Below, in pieces: positions 10,315 to 19,408 of a stretch of DNA of 64,000 nt (position 1 is its first letter; every line of letters begins with the position of its first letter). This DNA comes from an uncultured Clostridia bacterium (GTDB lineage: Bacteria > Bacillota > Clostridia > TANB77 > UBA1234): positions 6,789 through 70,788 of the forward strand of contig CANQBB010000001.1 of NCBI GenBank assembly GCA_947588905.1. The letters are read 5' to 3'. Under the pieces are notes generated by a model that was not told the DNA's origin, made no database searches, and saw only the letters and a program-made list of their open reading frames with translations. The position numbers were made by a program, and so were the translations under genes.

Positions 10315-11188
10315 ATCCAAGCACCTCCATCTCATAGATAAATATTTCTTCAAGAGTCAATGGTAAAAAGTCTAAAATAACAGGATTCATTTCTTGCAAT
10401 ACTTTTTCATAGCCTTCTCTTTCGCCTTTCATAATTACAGTTGCAACACTTCCTGTTTTCTTAAAACTCATAACATTAAAGTTTTGAAAATCTTTTTCAG
10501 AGAAATCTCTTCCAAGTGATATTTGAATTTTAAACATATTTGTTTTTAATGAATCTATATCGCTTTCAAATAAAATACCACCTTTATGAAGTAATCCTAA
10601 ATTATCACAAATATCTTCAAGTTCTCTTAGATTATGGCTAGTCATAATAATTGTAGTTTCTTTTTTCTCCATTTGTTCAGCAATAATTTTTTTCATAAAG
10701 TTTCTTATAACAGGATCTATACCATCAAATGTTTCATCAAAGAACATATAATCTGCATTTGTCGCAATTGCACATATCAATGCCGTTTGACGTTTCATAC
10801 CTTTTGAAAAAGTTTGTATTTTTTGTTTTCTATCCAATTTTAATTTGTCAAATAGTTTAAATGCAAATTCTTTATCAAAAGTTTTATACATATTGTTATA
10901 AAAATTAACCATATCATTGATTGTATATCCTTTGAAAAAGAATAAATCATCTGGCACATAAACTAATTTTTGTTTAAACTCTTCGTCATCAGAAATTTCT
11001 TTTCCGTCAATCTCTATGCTCCCTTCATTTTTTTGAAAGATGCCCATTATAATCCTAAGTAGGGTAGATTTTCCTGCTCCATTGGCACCAATTAAACCAT
11101 AAATCGAACCTGTTTTTATGGTACAATTCAATCCTTCTAGCACTTTTTTATCGCCATAGGATTTACTTAGATTAGTGATTTTAATCAT
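10292..11188 (-). CDS. ABC transporter ATP-binding protein
   Basis: Walker A GANGAGKST, Q-loop, and a signature-like motif. ATG at 11186-11188 is preceded by AGGAGGGAG. The ORF-track start at 11218 is less likely. Confidence 0.75.
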   Translation of the reverse strand: MIKITNLSKSYGDKKVLEGLNCTIKTGSIYGLIGANGAGKSTLLRIIMGIFQKNEGSIEIDGKEISDDEEFKQKLVYVPDDLFFFKGYTINDMVNFYNNMYKTFDKEFAFKLFDKLKLDRKQKIQTFSKGMKRQTALICAIATNADYMFFDETFDGIDPVIRNFMKKIIAEQMEKKETTIIMTSHNLRELEDICDNLGLLHKGGILFESDIDSLKTNMFKIQISLGRDFSEKDFQNFNVMSFKKTGSVATVIMKGEREGYEKVLQEMNPVILDFLPLTLEEIFIYEMEVLGYEFNEIV

Positions 11189-11290
11189 ATCTCTCCCTCC
11201 TAATCCGTATTGTATCATCTGTACTAGTACAATGTCAATACAAAAATTAAAAAAAGTGGGCTATAATATTTTTATAGCCCCATTTTTATT

Positions 11291-13303
11291 TTAAAATTTA
11301 AATGAATCAATTTCTTCTGTTGTTTCCATGCTCCATGATTTAATCATTTTACTTGAAACAGTATAATATTTATCATCTATATAAATTATACGTTTCACAT
11401 TATCATTTTTATCATGAGATAATTTACCTTTTAAATTAAAACCATTTTCTATGCTAAAATCATAAACTAAAGCTCCATTGAAAATTACATCTCCATACAT
11501 TGGTGTTCCGTCATTATATTTTCCAGCATCTTCAGTAACTGTAGCAGGAAATGCTATTATACCTTTTTCTACATCTATCAATAATGCTTTATGATTATAT
11601 AATAGTTCTGAGTAACTTCCTCTTGCTCCAATTTTAATTGTGTGTATTTCTTTTGGATTTCTAAAATCTGAAACATCAAATATTGACATTTTAAGTCCAT
11701 TTGAATAAGCAACAACTTCCATTTCGCCTTCCCAATTTAGATAAGATTTTTCTACTGAATCTTCTCCAAAGCCAAGTATATATTTATCTGATAAAGGATG
11801 TAAATAACTGCTATATCCAGGTATTTTTAGCTCTCCTAAAACTTCTGGTTTTTTAGGATTACTTAAATCAATTACAAATAAAGGATCTACTGTTTTATAT
11901 GTTACAACATAAGCTTTATCTCCCATAAATCTTGTAGAGTATATCCTTTCTCCACTAGCTAGTCCTTCTAATTTTCCAATTTTATTTAAGCTTTCATCTA
12001 ATACATAAATATTATTTCCACTCTCGCCATCTGTAGTTGTTATTCTAAAATATCCATCATATTCTCCCATAGAAAATTGATTTAATAAACTACCTGGAAC
12101 TTTTCCAGTTGCAATATATTTAATGTTTCCATCTTCAATTTTAAATTTATGAATACTAGTATTTATTTCATAATTAGATGGTTCATAGCTAATCATAACA
12201 CCGCCAATTGCTTCTTCGCCACTAATTGTTGGTCCTATATATTTAGATACTGTTTTAGTAACATATAAATTTTCTGTTGAACAATAAATCTCGTTTCCAG
12301 CTCCTAAGTATGAATTGATGTTTACATCGCTTTTCATATCATCCAAGTTAAATGATGTAATAATCATATAATTACATTCAGAATCTTCTGCAAAATTAGC
12401 AAAACATCTTACTTTAGAAATTGGTAATTCTAAATAATCTCCACTAATGTTTGAGTCTTTATATATTGGCAAAACATTATTTTCATCAAAATCATAAAAA
12501 GAAATATATTTATTAGTTACAAGATATATACTACTTCCTATTTTTCTAGAAGAAACAATATTTCCTTCTGTTTCAACTTTTCTTAATAGTTCATAAGAAT
12601 TTATATCATAAATTAGCACATTAGTAATATTAGTATAAACTTCATAATTAAATTTATCACTATTTAATGTTTTTTGATTAATCATACTACTTCCTACTAC
12701 AATAATATATTTATCATCCAAATATAATTCTCTGCCATAAAAATCTTCTTCAAAATGAATTTCTTTCACTAAATTGATTTTATCTTCTTTATCTTCAAAA
12801 ATATATAAAATACGTTTTGACTGGTTTAAATAATAAATATATTTACCATTTGTTTTTATAATATCTGATTCATCGACATTTTCTTCTTGAATATTCGTTT
12901 TTGAATATTGTTTATTTTCCGCACCAGAAAAGTCGCTTTCCGGTGCCTTCATTACACTATTAATTGTTGCTGAATCTTCCGCTATAACTGCTTCATCAAA
13001 ATCAAAATAGTTGCCCTGTATATTATTATATTTTTCAGCAGTATCTTTTAAAACTTGTATAAGCTCTTCTTTTGAGTTAAATGCAATTAAATTTTCTTCT
13101 GCTTTCTCATCTTCAGTTTCGACAGTATCATTTTCCATTATCAAAAAATTATCACTATTTTTGTGCATAACCTTATTTCCTACAAGGACAATAGCACAGA
13201 TACATATTGCCATTGTTATAGATGAAATAATTTGCAATCTTTGATGTTTGTATTTTTTAGCTTTTTCTAAAATACTTTGCACTCTTTCATCATTATTCTT
13301 CAT
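11291..13303 (-). CDS. Putative anti-sigma factor: short cytoplasmic N-terminus, one TM helix, and an extracellular beta-propeller-like domain
   Basis: Overlaps the upstream ECF sigma gene by 11 bp. TM helix SSITMAICICAIVLVG. The roughly 600-aa ectodomain has repetitive beta-strand blocks. GGAGGG RBS. Confidence 0.45.
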   Translation of the reverse strand: MKNNDERVQSILEKAKKYKHQRLQIISSITMAICICAIVLVGNKVMHKNSDNFLIMENDTVETEDEKAEENLIAFNSKEELIQVLKDTAEKYNNIQGNYFDFDEAVIAEDSATINSVMKAPESDFSGAENKQYSKTNIQEENVDESDIIKTNGKYIYYLNQSKRILYIFEDKEDKINLVKEIHFEEDFYGRELYLDDKYIIVVGSSMINQKTLNSDKFNYEVYTNITNVLIYDINSYELLRKVETEGNIVSSRKIGSSIYLVTNKYISFYDFDENNVLPIYKDSNISGDYLELPISKVRCFANFAEDSECNYMIITSFNLDDMKSDVNINSYLGAGNEIYCSTENLYVTKTVSKYIGPTISGEEAIGGVMISYEPSNYEINTSIHKFKIEDGNIKYIATGKVPGSLLNQFSMGEYDGYFRITTTDGESGNNIYVLDESLNKIGKLEGLASGERIYSTRFMGDKAYVVTYKTVDPLFVIDLSNPKKPEVLGELKIPGYSSYLHPLSDKYILGFGEDSVEKSYLNWEGEMEVVAYSNGLKMSIFDVSDFRNPKEIHTIKIGARGSYSELLYNHKALLIDVEKGIIAFPATVTEDAGKYNDGTPMYGDVIFNGALVYDFSIENGFNLKGKLSHDKNDNVKRIIYIDDKYYTVSSKMIKSWSMETTEEIDSFKF

Positions 13304-13832
13304 AAGAGAATCCCTCCTTTTCTAAAACTTCTTTAAGAGAGTTTCTTGCTCTATATGCTAAATTTTTAATTTGTTTATTACTTTTTTTCATTACTTTGCC
13401 TATCTCTTCATAAGACATACCTTCAAAATATAACAAATGAATTACAGTCGCATAATCATCTTTAATCTTTTTCATGGCATCTCTTATATGTCTATTTTTA
13501 TCTGTTTTAATAATTAAATCTTCTAGCTTTTCTGTATCTTCAATTTCAGTCTCTAAAGATACAAACACTTTCTCTCTTTTTAAAGCATTAAGTGCTTTAT
13601 TTCTCCCTATTTTAAATAGATATGTTTTAAAAGATGAATCTCCTCTAAAGAAATGCTTATGTACAATCAATTCCATAAATGTATCTTCCATAAGATCTTC
13701 AGCTAAAGTAATGTTTTTTACAAAACCATTGATAAAATACATTAGATTATTTCCATACATATCTACTATTTCATTTAAACCACTCTTATCGCCATCAAGG
13801 AAACGGCGGTAGCTACTTGCACCGTTATCCAT
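13293..13832 (-). CDS. ECF-type sigma-70 family RNA polymerase sigma factor
   Basis: Region 2 (DLMEDTFMELIVHKHFFRGDSSFKTYLFKIGRNKALNALKRE) and region 4 (SYEEIGKVMKKSNKQIKNLAYRARNSLK). 179 aa. AGGAGG RBS. Confidence 0.75.
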   Translation of the reverse strand: MDNGASSYRRFLDGDKSGLNEIVDMYGNNLMYFINGFVKNITLAEDLMEDTFMELIVHKHFFRGDSSFKTYLFKIGRNKALNALKREKVFVSLETEIEDTEKLEDLIIKTDKNRHIRDAMKKIKDDYATVIHLLYFEGMSYEEIGKVMKKSNKQIKNLAYRARNSLKEVLEKEGFSYEE

Positions 13833-13976
13833 AATTGCCTCCTTTCCTTTAGAAGAATATTCTAAAAATTAGACAATCGAAAGACCTCAAAGTCTCATTT
13901 ATAATCATATAATTTGCAATTATTCTAGTTTTCTCGGGCGATTACTAATCGCCCCTACAGGTTTGAGATAAAAATA

Positions 13977-14012
13977 AAAACTCTAGCAAACCTTGATTTT
14001 GCTAGAGTTTCC
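13977..14012 (-). terminator. Rho-independent terminator downstream of tRNA-Gly (aaactctagcaaa ... tttgctagagttt)
   Basis: 13-bp perfect inverted repeat plus a T-run. A near-identical element follows tRNA-Arg at 43016-43050. Confidence 0.5.
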
Positions 14013-14025
14013 TTTAATTTCAATA

Positions 14026-14101
14026 TGGAGCGGGAAACGGGGCTCAAACCCGCGACCTTCGCCTTGGCAAGGCGACGCTCTATCAACTGAGCTATTCCCG
14101 C
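14026..14101 (-). tRNA. tRNA-Gly (anticodon GCC)
   Basis: The reverse complement gives GCGGGAATAGCTCAGTTGATAGAGCGTCGCCTTGCCAAGGCGAAGGTCGCGGGTTTGAGCCCCGTTTCCCGCTCCA. Cloverleaf with anticodon loop TTGCCAA. CCA is encoded. Confidence 0.85.
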
Positions 14102-14317
14102 ATGAACAGTTATTATATTACAATAAAAATCTCAAATAGTCAATACTTATAGCAAATTTTTTTGGTAAAGCATAGATTCATCAAAAAATTATGGCATAAA
14201 ATTGTTGAAGAATTAGGCTTTTAAGTATAAAATTAAATTATAGATAATTACTTAATAAAGCAATAACAGGAGAATGTACAGTTGATTTTTATTACAAAAC
14301 ATATTGGAGATGATAGC

Positions 14318-15616
14318 ATGAAAATTAGTTGTAAGTCTTGTGGTGCAAATCTAAAATTTATTCCAAGCAAACAAATTGCTTGTTGTGAACATTGCGGAAA
14401 TACATATAAACCAGAAGAAATTGAATATGATGACAATATATTTGATAATTATAAAGAATATACTTGTAGTTCATGTGGAGCTAAATTGATTTCATCTGAA
14501 AAGACTGGTATTACTAGTTGTGTATATTGTCAAGGAAAAGAATTTGTAGTAGGAAAAATAAATAAAGATTATATTTTAACAGGTATTATTCCTTTTAGAC
14601 TAGATAAAGAACAGTTTATCAAAAATTATAAAGAGCAAATAGAAAAATTAGATAATGTTAAAAATGATTTTAAGGAAAGTTTAAAAAAAGCTAAAATTCA
14701 AGGAATGTATGTGCCTTATTCTTTTGCTAATAGTTTTTATAGAAAGCAATATGGCGAAGTACTTTTTACTTTATTGGAAGAAATTATACCTTATAATTTC
14801 GAAGATGTGAAAGACTTTAATCCTATATACTTGGATGGCCTAATGGCAGATACAATAGCAGTTAAAAAAGAGGAAAATTTTATAAAAACAAATGATAGCT
14901 CGTTTTATTGGGTACCAGTATGGGTAGCAGAAATAGAATACAAAAATGATATTTATTATATAGTTGCAAATGGGCAAACTTGGGAATTAGCAGGAATGTA
15001 TAAATCTACTGTAAAGAATTTTTTTCTCACTCAAAAGCAAGTAACATTTCAAGAAAAATTATCTTCTATTCATGCAAGAGAATCAATAAAAAGACAGAAA
15101 ATTAAAGAAATAAATAAAAATGCTTTAAAAAATTTAGATACACTGTCAAGTAATGAAGTGTTAAAAATAGAAAGAGAAAAAGAAAAAGAAAGATTGAAAT
15201 ATTTATGTATGAAAGAAGAAGCAGAAAATGCTAAGAAAAAAAATATATACTTATGTCTTAGATGGTTATTTTTTATATTATATATACTAGCACTTCTTGT
15301 ATTTTTTTTATCAAAGCCGGAAGACGAAAATATTCCTGGTTTTATTCTTATTGCTACTTTTGTGTATTTATTATTAAATGCTCTTTTTACATTTCATAAA
15401 GAAAATGAAGATAATACGTATTACGAAAAATTTTTAAGAGCAAATAATGAAATAAAAAATAATGAATATGAAGAAATGAGTAGAGCAGAAAATTCAGATA
15501 TTATCGATAAAATACTACAATTGCCAGAAGATAAAGTATATGAAAATGAAAGAAGTATATATCTTTTTACTAAAAAATATTCTTGGAAAGATAAAAATAA
15601 TAGTATGAAGTCATAA
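14318..15616 (+). CDS. Double zinc-ribbon protein (two CxxC...CxxC pairs), K/E-rich coiled-coil middle, two C-terminal TM helices; function unknown
   Basis: The ATG at 14318 is preceded by a GGAGA RBS, whereas the ORF-track start at 14282 is TTG. Motifs CKSCG..CCEHCG and CSSCG..CVYCQG. TM segments near residues 320-360. Terminator hairpin at 15627-15652. Confidence 0.55.
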   Translation: MKISCKSCGANLKFIPSKQIACCEHCGNTYKPEEIEYDDNIFDNYKEYTCSSCGAKLISSEKTGITSCVYCQGKEFVVGKINKDYILTGIIPFRLDKEQFIKNYKEQIEKLDNVKNDFKESLKKAKIQGMYVPYSFANSFYRKQYGEVLFTLLEEIIPYNFEDVKDFNPIYLDGLMADTIAVKKEENFIKTNDSSFYWVPVWVAEIEYKNDIYYIVANGQTWELAGMYKSTVKNFFLTQKQVTFQEKLSSIHARESIKRQKIKEINKNALKNLDTLSSNEVLKIEREKEKERLKYLCMKEEAENAKKKNIYLCLRWLFFILYILALLVFFLSKPEDENIPGFILIATFVYLLLNALFTFHKENEDNTYYEKFLRANNEIKNNEYEEMSRAENSDIIDKILQLPEDKVYENERSIYLFTKKYSWKDKNNSMKS

Positions 15617-15626
15617 GAAAATAAAA

Positions 15627-15652
15627 AACAGTATCGAAATACTGTTTTTTTG
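15627..15652 (+). terminator. Rho-independent terminator (aacagtatcgaaatactgtt plus a T-run)
   Basis: Perfect 8-bp stem and a T7 run immediately after the stop codon at 15616. Confidence 0.55.
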
Positions 15653-15725
15653 TTTTGTGGGTTACTAATTAATTTTTTTCGAAATTAATCTCCTATCAAA
15701 TTTTCTAATATTTAACTTTTTAGTA

Positions 15726-16097
15726 TTAGCCATTTAGTTCTTTTAAAGCTTTTGAAAATCTTACTATATCTGAAGGAAGCCATATCATAACAATTAAGCC
15801 AATAAAATCTACGCTAGCTATACCAAAAAAAGATAATACCAAAAGTATTAACATATAAATTTCAAATAACCAAGCTGCACTTATTCCATATCTTTTTCTT
15901 TTTGTTATCCCTAGTACCATACCAAAAAGTAAAGATAGTAGTGCTACATATAATACAAAATTAATTGGGTCTAATAATGTTGATATATTTATGAAAGCAA
16001 TTATTATTTCAATGACTAAATAAAAAAATCCTATTCCAACTATATTATTACCATATTTTTTTACTCTCTCTTCTACTGTTAAATTTTTCTTACTCAT
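15726..16097 (-). CDS. Small integral membrane protein (123 aa, 3-4 TM helices)
   Basis: ATG with GGGGGA RBS. Hydrophobic throughout. Confidence 0.4.
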   Translation of the reverse strand: MSKKNLTVEERVKKYGNNIVGIGFFYLVIEIIIAFINISTLLDPINFVLYVALLSLLFGMVLGITKRKRYGISAAWLFEIYMLILLVLSFFGIASVDFIGLIVMIWLPSDIVRFSKALKELNG

Positions 16098-16565
16098 AGT
16101 AAATTTTCCCCCTTAACTTATATAATATAAGTTGATTATATATATAATACATTAAATTTTCAATATTACTCAAATAAAATACTTAATAATAAAATACTCC
16201 TAAATTATTAAACAAAATGTTCAAATGATTTAGGAGTTTTTTTATAGCACATATGAATTAGCCTAGTCTATATTTTTCTAAATTAGAAAGTTGCCAATTT
16301 GTACAAATCTGAGCAGAATGATTTTTTGCAGTTTCAGCCTTGATAGTAGCTTCTATTTTGCCAATTTCTTTTTCATCCATCACACCCAATTTTGTCTTAT
16401 TATATAAAAGCGAAGTAGTTTTGATTCGTACTTTTCTAATTGCCATTTTCTTTCATAACCTCCTCAACAATTGTTTTCGAGATAGGAAACATATACCAAC
16501 ATCGCTACTATAACATAGAATACTTGTTTTTTCAAGCATTTCTTAGTAAGTATAACTAGCAAAAC

Positions 16566-16608
16566 AAAAAACAGTATCTTCGATACTGCTTTTTATTTTG
16601 GCTGGGCT
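16566..16608. repeat. Left copy of a 43-bp direct repeat: terminator hairpin plus the last 11 nt of tRNA-Gln
   Basis: aaaaaacagtatcttcgatactgCtttttattttggctgggct matches 19209-19251 in 42 of 43 positions. Confidence 0.6.
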
Positions 16609-16708
16609 AAATTATTTTTTTCTCTTAAAATTCGTCCATATCAATACTTCTAACATTTTTCTTTTTTGTAACTATAGTTCCAGAAATATTTATTCTTTCG
16701 ACTTTCTA

Positions 16709-16900
16709 TTATTTATGTGATTTACGCAATTCGATTTCATAAAGAAGCATTGTATTTATTTTATGTAATAGATTAAAATCTAACTTACTTAAATCTTTAA
16801 ATTTTTTATTTTTAATCTGATTATATATTTTAAAAAATTCATCTTTCTCCATTTTAACAATATAACTCCTTTTATTAAAAATCAATTTCATTTGAATCAT
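16709..16900 (-). CDS. Small protein (63 aa), translationally coupled downstream of the 456-aa gene
   Basis: ORF starts 2 nt after the upstream stop. K-rich. No recognised domain. Confidence 0.3.
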   Translation of the reverse strand: MIQMKLIFNKRSYIVKMEKDEFFKIYNQIKNKKFKDLSKLDFNLLHKINTMLLYEIELRKSHK

Positions 16901-16902
16901 TT

Positions 16903-18273
16903 TTATCTGGATTCTTTTTCATCTTTTGTAGTATCTTTAGATTCAACTAACCCTTGAAAACTTTCTACATTTTGTTCAATTCCCTCAATCAATTGTTCTT
17001 TAGAAAACAAAACTTGTTCTTTTTGACTTATAACATCCAAACAATTTGTATCAAATATTGCCAATGAAGGTAACTCCAGTCCACAATCAATATATGATTT
17101 ATTTATCATTCCACTAAAATATGAAGTAATATTATATGAAATTCTATTCATTCTATCTTCCACACTTGAAACTTCTCCTTTAATTTTCTCTTCACTATAC
17201 AATTTTAAAAATTCCATTCCTGATAGTTCATAAGATGCTCTTTGAGGCCAACTTTCTTCAGTAAAAATAGTAAGATCATCAATTAATATGTTATTTTGTC
17301 TTACTTTATCAACAAATTCAGAAAAATCTTTAAGTAACTCATTTTTCATAAGCGAGAAAAATATTTCATTTTCAAATACATCTCTTATATTTTTGGATTC
17401 ATCATATAAAGATAATAATTTTTCTTTTTCCTCATTAGATGCTTCAACATGTTCTAAAATATGCATAACACTTTCTTTTGAGGAATACTTTTTTAAATTT
17501 ATATATGGTAAAGATTTAATATGTGGATACATTCTTGAGGCATCTATATTTTTATCTGAACAATGATAAAGTTTCATTAATATAGGATTTAACATTCGTA
17601 CATCGATAGGATTTAATTTGCCTTCTTCCAAATTATCTGAACCACACAAGCACTCTGTAATTAATTTTGTAAATTTTTCATATTCGTGCAGTTGATTTTC
17701 CCAAACTTGCGAATTGTGAGGATTCAAATAATAGAAAGATCCATATTCTTGAAATTTTTGAGCAATATTTGAAATAGTAGGAAAAGCATATGGATTAAAA
17801 TTGTTATTAGCAAAAAGTTCAGGGTAAAATAATTTAAAAATCGATTCAAGTCCATCATCAACATCTAAAATTACACCCTTCGCATCTGGCATATTAAATT
17901 TCTTTTTTACTTCTTCTAATAATTTATCTCTTCCTTCTTTTTCTGAGCTTTCCCACTTCATTTCCATTTCATGTTTAACAGGTTCAAACACACTCATAAT
18001 TTCATTTGGTTTTACAATTATAATATCTTTTAATTTTGCAGAAATAACATTCGTAGTTCCATCTTCTTTACAAAATTTTGAAATTAAGTCTGGTGCTCTT
18101 TCTACTAAAAACCTATGCCATCCACAAGTCATTCCATCTGAACTTTCAGGTAAACTAAACCACATTGCATTCTTTGGCTTAAAAAATATATGTCCTTTAT
18201 ATTGATATTCACAATTTTCAAATTCTTTAGTAGATAAACAAACGAATTCTGTTTTATCATCAATTCTTGGCAT
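16903..18273 (-). CDS. Uncharacterised 456-aa cytoplasmic protein; sole sizeable cargo of the tRNA-Gln-associated islet
   Basis: ATG with GGAGG RBS. No TM helix or signal peptide. Cys/His-containing N-terminus (CLSTKEFENCEY...CGWHRF). I recognise no family. Confidence 0.55.
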   Translation of the reverse strand: MPRIDDKTEFVCLSTKEFENCEYQYKGHIFFKPKNAMWFSLPESSDGMTCGWHRFLVERAPDLISKFCKEDGTTNVISAKLKDIIIVKPNEIMSVFEPVKHEMEMKWESSEKEGRDKLLEEVKKKFNMPDAKGVILDVDDGLESIFKLFYPELFANNNFNPYAFPTISNIAQKFQEYGSFYYLNPHNSQVWENQLHEYEKFTKLITECLCGSDNLEEGKLNPIDVRMLNPILMKLYHCSDKNIDASRMYPHIKSLPYINLKKYSSKESVMHILEHVEASNEEKEKLLSLYDESKNIRDVFENEIFFSLMKNELLKDFSEFVDKVRQNNILIDDLTIFTEESWPQRASYELSGMEFLKLYSEEKIKGEVSSVEDRMNRISYNITSYFSGMINKSYIDCGLELPSLAIFDTNCLDVISQKEQVLFSKEQLIEGIEQNVESFQGLVESKDTTKDEKESR

Positions 18274-18559
18274 ATACTACCTCCTATTATATTTTTAATT
18301 ATATAATAAAGCTTACTTGTAAATTTTATTATTTAAAAAATGTATATGTAAAACTACAATTTTTTTCAATTTTTCTCTTTTATTCTATATAATAATAAAT
18401 TTGTTTGATGTGTAAGCAAATGTTTAGGTATCAAAAAGTTATAAGAAATTATGTATTAACAATAAAACTTAATTTCTTCTATATCATCAATATGATAATA
18501 TTCTTTCCATTTAGTAGTAATTAAAAAATAATGTCTTGCAATTACGTTTAATAATTTAC

Positions 18560-18778
18560 TTAATTCATCTTCTGGTATTCTACTATTTCACTATAGTTGC
18601 CTTCCCATACGGTTACTTTATATGTTGGTAATTGTATTCTAACAGAATCAAATCCATTTTTAGTAGGTCTTTCAAAATGAACATCAATACACTCTGTATC
18701 ATTTTCTATATATACATTTGAAAAAACGACTTCTGTTTCATCTTCATATTTAACATATGGATACATCATTTTTTTCAC
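18560..18778 (-). CDS. Small hypothetical protein (72 aa)
   Basis: ORF only. Lies inside the islet. Confidence 0.25.
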   Translation of the reverse strand: MKKMMYPYVKYEDETEVVFSNVYIENDTECIDVHFERPTKNGFDSVRIQLPTYKVTVWEGNYSEIVEYQKMN

Positions 18779-19085
18779 GCTCCTATCAATAATTTTATTT
18801 ATATTATAACATCTATAGAAGGAAATTACTACTATATTTTTCTTTCAATAACCTAACTATAATGGCAAAAATGAAAAATATGCAATAAATAAGTAAATGA
18901 TATTAAGTGATAAGCGAGTAATTAGTAAGTAACTAAGTTAGTGGTAAACGAGTAATAAGTGAAAAATAATAAGTTTGACGAATATATTGTCGCAAGCCTT
19001 TGATTTTGAATGGTTAGAACAATAATCAAGCTGAATTTGTTTTACATTTGACAAAATAAGCGACTTTCAATTTCTTGAAAGTCGC

Positions 19086-19115
19086 TTGGTTGTTGGCTGG
19101 GCTGGGAGGATTCGC
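19086..19115 (-). repeat. Degenerate third copy of the tRNA-Gln 3' end (ttggctgggctgggaggattcg...), preceded by a hairpin
   Basis: 22 nt identical to the tRNA-Gln 3' end at 19241-19262. Upstream hairpin aagcgactttcaa..ttgaaagtcgctt at 19057-19086. Confidence 0.45.
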
Positions 19116-19208
19116 CCTCCGGGCCGCGTCCTAAAAAAGGTCCACTGGACCTTTTTTGCCTCTCTTCTTTCGGCACGTCCTTTTCGAATCCTCTATTTCT
19201 TGCAAAAT

Positions 19209-19251
19209 AAAAAACAGTATCTTCGATACTGTTTTTTATTTTGGCTGGGCT
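19209..19251. repeat. Right copy of the 43-bp direct repeat (terminator plus tRNA-Gln 3' end)
   Basis: See 16566-16608. Confidence 0.6.
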
Positions 19252-19317
19252 GGGAGGATTCGAACCGCCGAAATGCCAGAGTCAAAGTCTGGTGCCTTAC
19301 CACTTGGCTACAGCCCA
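19242..19317 (-). tRNA. tRNA-Gln (anticodon TTG)
   Basis: The reverse complement gives TGGGCTGTAGCCAAGTGGTAAGGCACCAGACTTTGACTCTGGCATTTCGGCGGTTCGAATCCTCCCAGCCCAGCCA. Anticodon loop CTTTGAC. CCA is encoded. Confidence 0.8.
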
Positions 19318-19330
19318 ATATTTATATACA

Positions 19331-19408
19331 TGGGGTGAAAGATGGGACTCGAACCCACGACCTCCAGGGCCACAACCTGGCGCTCTAACCAACTGAGCTA
19401 CATCCACC
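19331..19408 (-). tRNA. tRNA-His (anticodon GTG) with G-1
   Basis: The reverse complement gives GGTGGATGTAGCTCAGTTGGTTAGAGCGCCAGGTTGTGGCCCTGGAGGTCGTGGGTTCGAGTCCCATCTTTCACCCCA. Anticodon loop TTGTGGC. The extra 5' G pairs with C73. Confidence 0.75.

Noticed and set aside
13931-13960. Hairpin gggcgattactaatcgccc upstream of the ECF sigma gene as a riboswitch or T-box
   Set aside because: A single short stem-loop with no additional conserved elements. More likely a simple terminator or spacer structure between the tRNA and the sigma operon.
18880-18965. Possible CRISPR array or VNTR
   Set aside because: Only two imperfect copies of about 23 bp and no regular spacer structure. No cas genes in the window.
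16613-19208. Integrase or recombinase expected for a tRNA-inserted element
   Set aside because: No ORF in or beside the islet has tyrosine- or serine-recombinase motifs. The islet is called an integration footprint only, not an active mobile element.
19086-19388. ORFs 19086-19388 and 19156-19338 (+)
   Set aside because: They overlap the tRNA-Gln and tRNA-His genes and the hairpin spacer, and read through structured RNA. Not coding.
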